From NCBI GenBank assembly GCA_951406725.2, contig OX597830.1:36766001-36830000 (forward strand): a stretch of DNA of 64,000 nucleotides. The letters are read 5' to 3'. This DNA comes from Octopus vulgaris. Its lineage: Eukaryota. The notes under the pieces were generated by a model that saw nothing but the letters and a program-made list of their open reading frames with translations, had not been told where the DNA came from and did no database searches. Made by a program: the position numbers and the translations under genes. Every line of letters starts with the position of its first letter. Position 1 is the first letter of the stretch. This document shows, piece after piece, positions 39,004 to 51,897 of this stretch.

Positions 39004-40739
39004 TGTATGTGTGTTTCTCTGTTGCTCTGTCAGTTTAAGTTTCTGTCACAACATGGCCGTTTAACATGATGCCGCTGTTGTGTCAAAATATATAGTTAAT
39101 CAATCAGTGAAATACAGAACGATAACGTACTGGGGCTTCTATGGTCGACAAAAAAAAATCTCTGTATGCATGCACGCAAACGCACATCCACAGACGCGCA
39201 CATATCTATATACATATGCCTGTATATATGTAGTTGTATGAATTTACACCTAATCATTATATATACCTGACTGAAAATACAAATAACTATTCAAACACAT
39301 CTTGAATTTGTAATGCGCACAGCATCGAATCTCTCTCTAAAGACAAACTTTTTTTATTCGATATCGTTATTGGTACATGATATCAATTCTGATCTTGCTG
39401 TGGTTACATGCATAGATGGTTAAATGTTGGCAATCAGCGTATACTAAGCAATCAGTGATTCACTGATTTTTGGCTAAAAAGATCGTGTAGGCGGTTGCCT
39501 TGATACGTGCACTTGAATAATATTTATTAATTTGGTTCGTTCCATATGATACGATACGAATGTTAGTTTGTAATGGGGCTGAGGTGGGGAGTATTGTGAT
39601 TGATCGAATTTATTAGAAAACTGGTACTTTTTTTTTACTATCGATCTATCTTTTTTATTTGTGCGTCATGTTGTATTGCACATCTGCGTCCACTGACTAT
39701 TCCAGTAGACTATCAGTTTTTTAATGAGTACAGGATGCTAGTTCGCTGCAATCAGATATCTGTTTCTGGAGAGAAAAAGAAAGCAGGATTTGAACTCAAA
39801 ATGCAGTGAACTTAAAGATATAACACTAGACATCTTTTACTCTATACCAATTTACTGCAATAACAATGAAAGTTTAAAATAAGAACTAACAGAAAATAAA
39901 CAAAGTTATAACGTAAAATAGATGTAAAGAAAAGCAGATAAGACTGTTATTCAAAGTTTACTTTACAAACGCACAGTCCAGGGTTCGACCCCACTGTAAG
40001 GCACTCTCGGCTATTGTATTCTACCATAGTCTCACGATCACCAATACCTTCTGAATGGAATTTAACAGGCGCAAACTGTACGGAAATCAGTCGCAAAAGT
40101 ATGCATATTTATTTCTTTATTGTTCATAGGGAGGATAAACACAGAGAGGACAAACACGGTACTTATTTAATCGATCCCGAAAGGATGAAAGACAAAGTCG
40201 ACTTCGGCGGAATTTGAACACAGAACGTAACGGCAGACGAAATACAGCTAAGCATATCGCCCTGCGTGCTAACGAAATCGCCAGCTCGCAGCCCTGTAAA
40301 AGTATGCTTATGCTAAATAACACCATCTTGTCCTTGGGAGTTTTGAGAGCTCTAACACGGAAACGAATCTGTTGCAAGTTTCGTGGTCAATCATGGGAAT
40401 AATTCCTTCTGACTCCCATCAGTGCCTTAGAAATAATTACGGGCTCTGTTCCTCCTCTCCTCACTGAGCCATTAAAACGCATGCGCGTGCGTAGTGTGCT
40501 CCCCCACACTCACACACACACAGGTACATATATGGTTTATATCTGTATATCTTTTGCCAATGTACATCAGTGAAGTATAAGCATAAGCGAAATGCACAAA
40601 AAAAAAAAAAAGATCCCTAATAACACGGACAAGTAAGGTGTTCTAGTAAGGAGTTCTCATGAAATGCCTTTGCCGTTAGAAATATTGTGAACCAGGGATT
40701 GATCAGAAGAGAACCTATAACCAAAGAAGCTATTATTAA

Positions 40740-40905
40740 TGAAGCGGCAAGTTGGACAAAATGCTTAGCGGCATTTCGTCCGTCTTCACTTTCTGATTTC
40801 AAATTCCACTGAGGTTGACTTCGCCTTTCATTCTTTCGGGGTCGATTAAATAAGTACCAGTTGAGCACTGGAGGTCGATGTAATCGACTTTCCCCCTCTC
40901 CCCAA
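40740..40905 (+). mobile_element. SINE A copy at the 3' break of the Dong fragment
   Basis: aaatgcttagcggcatttcgtcc...gactt.gcctttcattctttcggggtcgat. Confidence 0.85.
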
Positions 40906-41630
40906 ATTGCTATGATAAACTCTCCTGTCTCTGATTTTAAGCCGGAAGACATCAACCAATGTTGGGTAAGGGCTTTGTCAACACCGGTATTATTTACTCT
41001 CTTTGGGTATTTTTGATTCAGAGGTTTTTCTTGCCATTTACCAGTAAGAATATCTAAAGCAGCAGTTTTAGCACAGGTTTTCATTCGCTTAGCTTTTTCT
41101 GTGATTGTTTCCAATATGTCTCATTCTGGGATTTGTTGCATTTGGAATTCATTTAGATATTTCTCTGCCTGTTTTGTTATTGAGTTTGATGTTTTCTTGT
41201 TTTCCTGCTTTGAAACAAGTTTTGACATCCATTTATCAGGGTTTTTCAGGTAGGTGTTTAGGCCAGTTGTAGCAATCTTCATTGCTAATTCCAGTTGTAA
41301 AAGTCCACGGCCACCTCTTTTCTTGGCAGATAAAATCGTTCAATATCTGCCTTAGGGTGGTACATACTATGCATTGTCAACAATTTTCGTATTTTTCTGT
41401 CAAGATTACATATTTTAGTAATTGACCAGTTAATGATATTGAAACTGTAACTCACGACCAGTATGGCTAAATCATTGATCGCTTCGATCCTGATTCTCGC
41501 ATTCAGCTTTGTCTTCAGTATTGCCCTTTTCTGTTCCTTTCCCTCATCATTGAATGTTTGATTCCATCACCTTCAAATACCCCTAGGTATTTGTAGCTTT
41601 CCGCTGGTTCTAACTCCTTTATGACGTTCT
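40905..41630 (-). mobile_element. R4/Dong-clade RT C-terminal/thumb fragment
   Basis: ESYKYLGV.EGDGI, AIN.LA..VVSYSFNIINW, LDRKIRKLLTMH.M.HPKADIE..Y..RK.GGRGL, W.EKPL..KY, WLMSSGLKSET..FIIA; begins directly after a minus-strand (AAT)n at 41631-41677. Confidence 0.9.
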
Positions 41631-41640
41631 GTTGTTGTTA

Positions 41641-41678
<38 letters not shown>

Positions 41679-41979
41679 AACAATGATATATGAAAATTGC
41701 AGATATTTCATTTTGCAAGTGAAATTGATAATTTGTTTCTATTAGTTAAGGTCCTTGAACATCTCGAATTTCGAGTAAGCTGTCCACTTAGTTGTGAATG
41801 TCAGCATGTGTGCCTCTGTGCTGAGTTTAAAGTGGGATGGGAAAAAAGCTATCAATTGTCGTTATTGTTTCGAAATAGAGACCAGTAATCCTAAATATAA
41901 ATCCGACGACGAACATTAATGATAATTAAATTACTTCCAGAACAGTATTACAGTAATTTTGTATAACGCTCTTAGATTC

Positions 41980-42389
41980 TTATTTCTTTATTGCCCACAA
42001 GGGGCTAAACACAGAGAGAAAAAAACAAGGAAAGACAAACGGATTAAGTCGATTATATCGACTCCAGTGCATAACTGATACTTAATTTATCGATCCCGAA
42101 AGGATGAAAGGCAAAGTCGACCTCGGCGGAATTTGAACTCAGAACGTAGCGGCAGACGAAATACCTATTTCTTTACTACCCACAAGGATCCAAACACAGA
42201 CGGGACAAACAAGGACAGATAAACGGATTAAGTCGATTACATCGACCCCAGTGCGTAACTGGGACTTATTTAATCGACTCCGAAAGGATGAAAGGCAAAG
42301 TCGACCTCGGTGGAATTTGAACTCAGAACGTAGCGGCAGACGAAATACATTTCGCCCGGCGTGCTAACGTTTCTGCCAGCTCGCAGCCT
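41980..42389 (-). mobile_element. SINE A dimer with 18-bp TSD
   Basis: TSD tataacgctcttagattc at 41962-41979 and 42390-42407. Confidence 0.93.
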
Positions 42390-42412
42390 TATAACGCTCT
42401 TAGATTCAATTA

Positions 42413-42803
42413 TTTGTTTCAGTCATTTGACTGCGCCCATGCTGGAGCACTGCCTTGATGATGGGTTTTAGTTGAACAAATCGATCCCAGACTTATTTTG
42501 TTTTAAGCCTAGTACTTATTCTATCAATCTCTGTTGTCGAATCGTTAATTTACAGGGACGTATACATACCAACATCGGTTGTCAAGCGGTGATGGAGGGG
42601 ACGAACACAGACATAGACACGCACACAGACACCACACACACACACGACTGGCTTTTTTCAGTTTCCGTCTACCAAATCAATTCACAAGGCTTTGGTCTAG
42701 CCGTGGCTATAGTTGAAGACAATTGCCCAATGTGCCGCGGAGTGGGGCTGGACCCGGAACCACGTCGTTGGGAAGCAAGCTTCTTGCCTGCCACACAGCC
42801 ACA
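42413..42803 (-). mobile_element. SINE B copy
   Basis: Reverse-complement tail and head motifs. Confidence 0.88.
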
Positions 42804-42989
42804 TGATTCTCTTTACATCAGTTGTGAGACGTACCTTCTGATAGTTTTTATCTGTAGTATGTTTTCTCTCAAACTTGAGACATTGAATATTATTTTCAAA
42901 AGAATAGCGTTGAGTACCTGAAACCCGACCCATCTCTTATCCAAACACTTTTTTTAATGCATACACATCATTATACTCTACATTAATCA

Positions 42990-43200
42990 AAGCGGCGAGC
43001 TGACAGAATCGTTAGCATGCCGGACAAAATGCTCAACGGCATTTCATCCGTTCTTACGTTCTGAGTTCAAATTCCGTGAAGGTCGATTTTGCCATTCAAC
43101 CTTTTGGGAGTCGAGGAAATAGTTATCAGTTACACACTAGAGTCGATGTAATCGACTTAATCTCTCTCTCCCAGAATTTCAGGCCTATAGTAGAAAGGAT
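42990..43200 (+). mobile_element. SINE A copy
   Basis: gcggcgagctgacagaatcgttagc...ctgagttcaaattcc...cctatagtagaaagga. Confidence 0.88.
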
Positions 43201-43870
43201 TACACCTTACGTTAATCTTGCAGCGTCTCAGAACTACTTCAATCTGCTACTTCTTGCAACTGTCAGCCCTCGTCCATTGAAGAATCCTGAAAAACTCTCC
43301 ATGTAATACTCCTCAACAGCCTTTCTGTGACTTACAGGTCATAGAGATTTACTCTTAATTAACCTTTGCGTACCTTAGAAGTACCGTAATCAGTTATTTC
43401 TTCTATTTTAGCCTTTAACTACTGAAGAATACTAAATTTAAAATTATTCATGTTATACTCCCTAACAACCAAATAATCTTTTCAGGCTTAAAAAGGGTGT
43501 TGATTCTAGACTGCAGCGACTAAATCACTGAAAAAGAAAAAAAAAAAAACATGAAATTAGAGAAAACCCATTAGTCTCCATTTCTATGTGTAACCAACCG
43601 CTTAAATTTAATCAGATTTATTACAACAAATACGTGTAGTGTTTTAATTTACGAGATGCCATTGTTGTAGTGGTGGTGGTGGTGATCATCGTCGTCGTCG
43701 TCGTCATGTTGTTGTTATTGTTGCGGTTGTTATCATAGTCGTTGTTGCTGATACTACTGTTTAGTTCCACGTGAGGTCTGAGTGAGGAAACTTATGATCA
43801 AAGACATTCAAGTCATGACTATCCTACGGTGTTCTTTTTTTTTTTTCTGTTGTTCTTTTAACAAGCTTAC

Positions 43871-44310
43871 TTTGCACCAAAGTCGTTTTGGCTATTATCA
43901 CATTATACGATGGTCTTGAGTCAATAGAATCCTTGTGAATGATGAAAACTGTATGAAAGGATGTCGGAGGGACTGTCTCTGTTTTTGAGTGGCTCAATTA
44001 TTCCACCCAGTTTAACGGCGCCACACCCTGAACTTTGGGAGCCTTTAAAAGAGTTCACACCGTTACAAGTATTGAGAGTAGATCTCCAGCCTGAGACAAT
44101 TTCCCTCCATTGCTACAATTAATCGCCAGAGTCTTTGAAATCGGTCTCGAGCGGCGCTGTTCCTCTTCTGTTTAAGTTATAAAGAAAATAATTATACAAT
44201 ATTTATGTACTACACAGCGTAGATAAGAAAAAAAAAAATAAAATTTACTCATTACAAAGACTTACTGTGAGTTAAATAAGAAAGTAAATAATTTCTAAAC
44301 TCTTCATGAG
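43871..44310 (-). other. Candidate pair of spliced exons (44310-44266, 44167-43871) containing a long hairpin
   Basis: Acceptors ccttctctgttttttcAG and ttttctttataacttaaacAG; donors GTAAGT and GTAAGC; 98-nt AT-rich intron; exon lengths 45 and 297 nt. No recognisable protein family. Confidence 0.4.
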
Positions 44311-45338
44311 CTGAAAAAACAGAGAAGGGTCGGGGACACCCGACTGCTTCTCAGGGAAGGTGCACCCAATTTCCTGCTCTAATCATCGTGAAGATCAGCT
44401 GCCTATAAAGCAGTGATGAATTGGGCTGGCACATTACATCTTTTACTTGTTTCAGTCAATGAACTGCGATCATGCTGGATCGAACCTCAAGCCAAATAGT
44501 TGCAAAGCGAGCTTCTTAACCACAAATATTACAATCTTATTTGGTTTGCCATTCTACTGATTTGCTAATCAACTGCCCTTTATTTAGTTTATAATGTCTT
44601 TTCAAGTAAACAAAATAAGTTTTTGCAAACTACCAATAATTTCATATGAGGGTTTTATATTTCCTTCAAAGTAAAAATAAATATGTATACAGTTTGATAA
44701 TCTATTATTTATATCTTCAAGTGCAACGCAGCTTCGCAGCTTCCCCCTTTTTTTTTTATTTTCATTCGTGCACCAGTCTTACTTATGAATATGAAACATT
44801 CATAAATATTCTTTAAGCAAATGAAACGTAGACATATTATTTTCCAATAGGTTATGGCATTTAATATATCATATTATGACAGCGCTGCAGAACAGCAATA
44901 AGCTTCATGAAAATCGAATCAAAAAGACAAAGTTTTTCTTTGTTGAATCTTGTCATTCGACTTATTTATTTTTACCTTCAGTTTCCTTTCATAGTCTATA
45001 GATTGGAAGAAGAAATGATTCGCGGAAGACTGCAGTGTGTCTATGATATCCACATCATAAAGAAAAACAATCGTCTATTGGGTTATGCCCTAACGACTTA
45101 TTGAGGACTACGAGACAGCTTCATTTTAATACACTACTTCAACAAAATAATCACAGTGTTACGTATCCAAGTCAAAAAGAGGAGTTTGAAATAGCAGTCT
45201 TATACCATGTCACTGGTGCTAAACTCTGTCTATAGCCAACTCATTTAATTCGCGTTTACTTTGTACACCTCTCGGGTAATAAAAACTCCAAAAATAAATG
45301 TTTGACTAGAAGAAACGATATGAGCAATATCAACAATT

Positions 45339-45733
45339 GGATGGAATGGTAGCACTCCGTCGGTTACGACGACGAGGGTTCCGGTTGATCCGAATCAACG
45401 GAACAGCCTGCTCGTGAAATTAACGTGTAAGTGGCTGAGCACTCCACAGACACGTGTGTACCCTTAACGTAGTTCTAGGGGATATTCAGCGTGACACAGA
45501 GAGTGACAAGCCCGGCCCTTTGAAATACAGGTACAACAGAAACAGGAAGTAAGAGTGAGAGAAAGTTGTGGTGAAAGAGTACATCAGGGATCACCACCAT
45601 CCCCTGCCGGAGCCTCGTGGAGCTTTTAGGTGTTTTCGCTCAATAAACACTCACAACGTCCGGTCTGGGAATCGAAACCGCAATCCTATGACCGCGAGTC
45701 CGCTGCCCTAACCACTGGGCCATTGCGCCTCCA
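45339..45733 (-). mobile_element. SINE C with 14-bp TSD
   Basis: TSD caatatca(a/g)caatt at 45325-45338 and 45734-45747. Confidence 0.95.
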
Positions 45734-46905
45734 CAATATCAGCAATTAGCGAATCAACGAACGAAACTATACACTGTGGTTTGACTTGCCAGAAGTAACA
45801 TCTAAAACCTTCCCCAAATCACGCGTGATTGGTTGAAAGTGAAGGTGATACGCATTCAGATAATATAGTCTTGAAGATGTTATACCTTAAACAATGAGAA
45901 GGTGAGTGTCTCCTAAAAGCCTTAGATCATAGTTCATCATGGGTATCTTCAGTCAGGGTTGACCAACGACTAAACAATAAAAATATTACAAACAATTATT
46001 GCAATATCATCATGTATATATATTTTTTATATAATTTCAAATGTTCTTCTGTCTGTCCGTCTGTCTATCTGTCTGTCTATCTGTCTGTCTATCTGTCTAT
46101 ATGTCAGTCACTCTCTCTTTCTCGCTCTCACTTCCTGTCTGTTAGTCACTCTCTCTCTCTCACTCTCTCTCCCTTCCTTCCTGTCTGGCTGTTACTCTCT
46201 CCCATTCTCTCTCTTCCTGTATGTCTGTCTCTCTCTCGCTCTCTCTCTTCCTCTATCTATCTGTCTCTCTCTCTTCCTCCCTCTTTCTCTCTACCTATCT
46301 ATCTTTCTATTAATATATATATGTAATAGGAAATAATGATTTATTTAATTGGCCCCAGACTATAAATTTTGTAAGGTCGACTCCATGGATCAAATGACAG
46401 GTGTTACTTCATCGACCCCGGAAGGATGAAAAGTAATCGTCTGCTCGGGTAGAATTTCAACTCTGAACTTAATAATGAATAAATAAATATTGATTTCTGA
46501 ACATTGACAATAAATATGAAGGAGAGAGTACAACCGATTTACTCGACCTCAATATATTACTATTGATCATTAAAGAATGAAAAGCGAAATCGATTGTGCG
46601 AAGACTGCTAAAAGAATGTGACTAAATATCGATTTCTAAGTGAGAAACAAGGCAAATTTTTCGAACAGAGGACAGAGTTGATAGCGTCAACACCTATATT
46701 TTACTAATATTTATTATATCGATCTAAGAAGGAATAAATAAATAAACATTCGACTTTGGTGAAATTCGAACTCGAGATATAAAGAACATCTTCAGTTATT
46801 GCTCGGTATTTCACTCCATCAGCTACTGTTTTGGATTTCTACGACTCTTAAGTTATATAATCACACATGCACACAGTCTCCTCTCTTTCAACACACACTC
46901 CTCAC

Positions 46906-46951
<46 letters not shown>

Positions 46952-46952
46952 A

Positions 46953-47014
<62 letters not shown>

Positions 47015-47509
47015 ATCTATCTATCTGCCTTCCTATCTGTCTATAAGGTTTTAAATGGAATTGTTAAATGCCAATCCAATGCAAATTGAAATGTGACAAA
47101 AAAAGAAATAATGAAGACAAAACAATTTGCACTTTAGCTTATAATTCCATATTTCGCGGTCAATACCTATTCGTTAGGAGATTGTGGAAGATGGTACTGA
47201 GCTGTTATTTTTTGCTCAGATATGTGGGAGGGATAGCGTTTCTGACATGATATAATCAACCTTTTTTTATATAACTTATCTGCCGATAATCGGTGATTTC
47301 AACTTATGAATGAAGAAGGTTTCTTTTGATCTTCAAACTGCTGATGTTAACTTTGTTTATCATAATGGTAACTATAAAACAGGTGTTTGAGAGAAAACAT
47401 ACTACATGTAGCTTGGGTTTCTGCAGATGTTTTTTTCTGAATACTGCGTTTGTTTGCGCGTGTTTCATGATACGGCTATATAGGTTACGGATAACACTTT
47501 CGTTGGATG

Positions 47510-47896
47510 TGGTGGAAGCACTCCGTCAGTTACGACGACGAGGGTTCCGGTTGATCCGAATCAACGGAACAGCCTGCTCGTGAAATTAACGTGTAGGTGG
47601 CTGAGCACTCCACAGACACGTGTACCCTTAACGTAGTTCTAGGGGATATTCAGCGTGACACAGTGAGTGACAAGGCTGGCCCTTTGAAATACAGGTACAA
47701 CAGAAACAGGAAGTAAGAGTGAGAGAAAGTTGTGGTGAAAGAGTACAGCAGGGATCACCACCATCCCCTGCCGGAGCCTCGTGGAGCTTTAAGGTGTTTT
47801 CGCTCAATAAACAATCACAACGCCCGGTCTGGGAATCGAAACCGCGATCCTATGACCGCGAGTCCGCTTGCCCTAGCCACTGGGCCATTGCGCCTC
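47510..47896 (-). mobile_element. SINE C with 15-bp TSD
   Basis: TSD cactt(t/c)cgttggatg at 47495-47509 and 47897-47911. Confidence 0.95.
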
Positions 47897-48535
47897 CACT
47901 TCCGTTGGATGAACCACCTCATTAGCTTTTACCTTAGAAGTTAATGCGGTGGTTTTACCATCGGTGGACCACTTCATTAACTTGACCTTCGAGCACATGC
48001 AGACATTGTAGATGGAGCAGTTTTTCAGTGAGTACGCCTTCTAGCTGTCTATTTGGTTGATTTCCAGATAGGAATTTCTTGAAAAAAATGACCCGAGTGC
48101 ACCGTCAGGACGTCACCGCCTCTTCCACTCTATTGACCCTCTCAGTGGATTGCAGCAGTGGGTCTAACATCAGTATTAGACAATCTCTGGAAACACTTCC
48201 TATATCTGGAAGTGTGGATATTCCTTTGCTGTATTTTAACCTTGTATTTTTTGGCGTAGCTTGTATTTAATAGAATCCTCTGAATTCGCTTGGTTTTTGA
48301 AGGCTTAAACTGCTGTCTCGCTGCACCTCTTACCAGCTTTGGCTTTGGTGGGAAGAACCCACTCATGAGGAAAAATATGTCCCTGTTTATATCAATGAAC
48401 TCCTAAGCAGTAATCTTGAAATGGAAATCGAGCAGTAAGAGGGAGCCATTGGTGTCAGGGAAATTCTACTTTGGACGTTGTTTAATTGTTGATATATACT
48501 GACGGCCTTTTAAGCAGACGCTAGCAATGAAATGT

Positions 48536-48928
48536 GGAGGCGCAATGGCCCAGTGGTTAGGGCAGCGGACTCGCGGTCGTAGGATCGCGGTTTCGATTCC
48601 CAGACCGGGCGTTGTGAGTGTTTATTGAGCGAAAACACCTAAAGCTCCACGAGGCTCCGACGGGGATGGTGGTGATCCCTGCTGTACTCTTTCACCACAA
48701 CTTTCTCTCACTCTTACTTCCTGTTTCTGTTGTACCTGTATTTCAAAGGGCCGGCCTTGTCACTCTCTGTGTCACGCTGAATATCCCCGAGAACTACGTT
48801 ATGGGTACACGTGTCTGTGTCTGTGGAGTGCTCAGCCACCTACACGTTAATTTCACGATCAGGCTGTTCCGTTGATCGGATCAACCGGAACCCTCGTCGT
48901 CGTAACCGACGGAGTGCTTCCCATCCCC
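48536..48928 (+). mobile_element. SINE C with 13-bp TSD
   Basis: tRNA-like head ggaggcgcaatggcccagtggttagggcagcggactcgcgg...ggtttcgattccc; TSD agcaatgaaatgt at 48523-48535 and 48929-48941. Confidence 0.96.
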
Positions 48929-49273
48929 AGCAATGAAATGTCATCCATATGTCTGGCAAAGAAGATGGAGGAGTAAACGGTGCTTGTTGTCTAGCGCTCT
49001 TGCTGGTCCATGTTGGTTAGAGCCAACAACCCTGACAAGCGTGATCCTGTCAGTAGACATAGTAGACATTGAATACAATGCAGTCGTATTGGAAGTGTGT
49101 TACAATGATGTCAAAAGATCATGTATATTCGATGGTGTAAAGCTGTGTGTGTGCACATATGAGTGAATATATATGTGTGTGTGTATTACATGTATGTATA
49201 TATTTCCTTGTATTATATGTGTGAGTGTGAGTGCGCGCGAGAGAGAGAAATGGTGCGTGTGTATACATGTTTA

Positions 49274-49672
49274 TATGGAATGGACATGGAAGCACTCCGT
49301 CGGTTACGACGACGAGGATTCCGGTTGATCCGAATCAACGGAACAGCCTGCTGGTGAAATTAACGTGTAAGTGGCTGAGCACTCCACAGCCACGTGTACC
49401 CTTAACGTAGTTCTGGGGGATATTCAGCGTGACACAGAGAGTGACAAAGCCGGCCCTTTGAAATACAGGTACAACAGAAACAGGAAGTAAGAGTGAGAGA
49501 AAGTTGTGGTGAAAGAGTACAGCAGGGATCACCACCATCCCCTGCCGGAGACTCGTGGAGATTTAGGTGTTTTCGCTCAATAAACACTCACAACGCCCGG
49601 TCTGGGAATCAAAACCGCAATCCTATGACCGCGAGTCCGCTGCCCTAACCACTGGTCCATTGCGCCTCCACT
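49274..49672 (-). mobile_element. SINE C
   Basis: Near-identical to other C copies; catgttta on both flanks. Confidence 0.94.
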
Positions 49673-50097
49673 CATGTTTAGATAAAGTGGGGAACAGACA
49701 GAGATGTCAGATCGTATATGTCTTGGATCCCTGTGCTTTGTATTCTAATACCGCCGTTGTCAGTTTTTCCTTCCACCCTTTCGTAGTCGATAAATAGTTT
49801 TCAGTACTGGAGCAGATGTTACTCTACCTTTCTAGAATCGACTTGGACAAATCTGAAGAGATGTGGGCTGCACCGGGCATAAGAAAACACCCAAAACACT
49901 TGTATGTCACGAAGGTTAACCTACAACCTCATCTGGAATTGAGGGTCCAAAGCACCGCAAGACACACACATGCGAGCGCGTGTGCATGTGTGAGTGTACG
50001 TTTTCGTTCTTGTTATGTAACTGATTCTTCGTTTTCTCTCTCTTCTCTTCATTGTCCTACTTTACGTCTTCTTTTATCAGTCACGTTCCTTTTTGAA

Positions 50098-50483
50098 AGG
50101 CGGGCGAAATGCGTAGCAGTATTTCGTCTGCTGTTACGTTCTGAGTTCAAATTCCGCCGAGGTCGACTTTGCCTTTCATCCTTTCGGGGTCGATAAATTA
50201 AGTACCAGTTACGCACTGGGGTCGATGTAATCGACTTAATCCGTTTGTCTGTCTTTGTTTGTCCCCTCTATGTTTAGCATCTTGTGGGTAGTAAAGAAAT
50301 AGGTATTTCGTCTGATTTTTACGTTCTGAGGTCAAATTCCGCTGAGGTCGACTTTGCCTTTCATCCTTTCGGGGTCGATAAATTAAGTACCAGTTACGCA
50401 CTGGGGTCGATGTAATCTACTTAATCCGTTTGTCTGTCCTTGTTTGTCCCCTCTATGTTTAGCCCCTTGTGGGTAATAAAGAA
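50098..50483 (+). mobile_element. SINE A dimer (5'-truncated)
   Basis: Two ~185-bp bodies. Confidence 0.92.
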
Positions 50484-50892
50484 ACATGTTCTTATTTGAC
50501 CTTTGGACTGCTCTGATATAACCTTTTTATCCACAGTTTTTTTTTTATTTCCCCCTAATATTGAAGGTCTCATTACTCCCCCACTATACGTCACTTCTTC
50601 GCACAACTTGTCTTAAATCAATCGTTTACGTCAAAATACCTTTAAACAGTACCAAAATCGACGTGAGTTTTATTCGACAGTCGAGGAAGAGAATTTATGT
50701 TCGTGTCAATTTTCTCCGTCTTTATAAGTAAACTTTTTCATTTTACTATCGGTTCCTTGTTCGAGTCGAATGACTATCCACATTCACTGTTTTTACTTTG
50801 TTCTATAATTCTCTACTATCGTCGTGGTCTGCAAGTTTTACGAGTTCTTGTTTAGCCTTGCCTTTTGTTATATTCTTCATGTGTAAACTTTA

Positions 50893-50938
<46 letters not shown>

Positions 50939-51477
50939 ATATATATATACAATATATATATATAATGTAAATCTAAGGCTATAAATTTATAGTAGCCGGC
51001 CACAGTCAATTAAATTGGCTGGCACATAATTTATGGATTTTGAAAGAATGAAGTTTTAGCCGACTTCGGTAGATGATATAATTTTATGGAAATTAATATA
51101 AATGACAATACACAATACTTTTATTCATGTAACTTGCCTTATGTATGCAGTAATATTATCGTTTCTATATATAAAGAAAAAGGTACTTAAAATAAACATT
51201 TTCAGTCGGTAAAGTATGTAATGACTGAAATAAATAACGAAATATTATGCCATAAATTTATAATTATGCGAACTTTCTTTGCGAATTCTCCCATTTTCAA
51301 TTTACGTTTGGAAATAAAACAAATAATAACATTGGCTCAAAGCCACAAAAAAAAAAAACCAAAAAAGAAATTCTTGACAATGGAAAGAAAATATAATGCT
51401 TTGATAAGAATATCGTTAAGCTTTAAATATTTTATACTGTCTTATTACAGTTAGGTTTTCATGGAAAGCGTTCGTAA

Positions 51478-51692
51478 CGGTTTCAAATTTTGACACAAGG
51501 CAGCAATTTTGGGGGAGTGGGTACGTCAATCACATCGACTCCAGTGTTCAACTAGTACTTGTTTTGTCGAATCCGAAAGAATGAAAGGCAAAGTTGACCT
51601 CGTCGGAATTTGAACTCAGAACGTAAAGACGAGCAAACTACCACTAAGCAATGTGCCTGATGAGCTAACAGTCCTGCCTGTTTGTCGCCTTA
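51478..51692 (-). mobile_element. SINE A copy
   Basis: gaaagaatgaaaggcaaagttgacctcgtcggaatttgaactcagaacg. Confidence 0.85.
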
Positions 51693-51897
51693 GAAAGCCC
51701 TCAGAAGTGTAAAAGAGGTTAAATTATTTTTATTGAAAACTGAGCCCTCGACGCGGTCCACCTATTGATGCGTACTCTACACGTCTGATGTTCTAGAACC
51801 CACCGCCCCAGCCAAATCACACACCACCGTTTAAATAAAAGGAAGAACAAATGCAGTTATGTAGTCCGAAGTAAATTATGCCAGAAGGACAAAGGTT

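Noticed and set aside
44040-44062. Antizyme-type +1 frameshift or selenocysteine at GTG TGA
   Set aside because: The +1 frame stops after three codons, there is no antizyme similarity, and a TAA follows in frame. The only SECIS-like AUGA..AAA..GA (~44349-44388 minus) pairs poorly and lies upstream in the putative intron.
44976-45074. 99-nt open minus-strand segment TIVFLYDVDIIDTLQSSANHFFFQSIDYERKLK ending at GTAAAA
   Set aside because: Poor acceptor, phase incompatible with the neighbouring exon candidate, and no recognisable family.
47912-48520. Moderately GC-rich unique stretch, possibly an RTE 5' UTR or an exon
   Set aside because: No diagnostic motif or consistent ORF; cannot be assigned without a search.
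48536-48612. tRNA gene
   Set aside because: It is the tRNA-derived head of a multi-copy, TSD-flanked SINE and continues into the SINE body.
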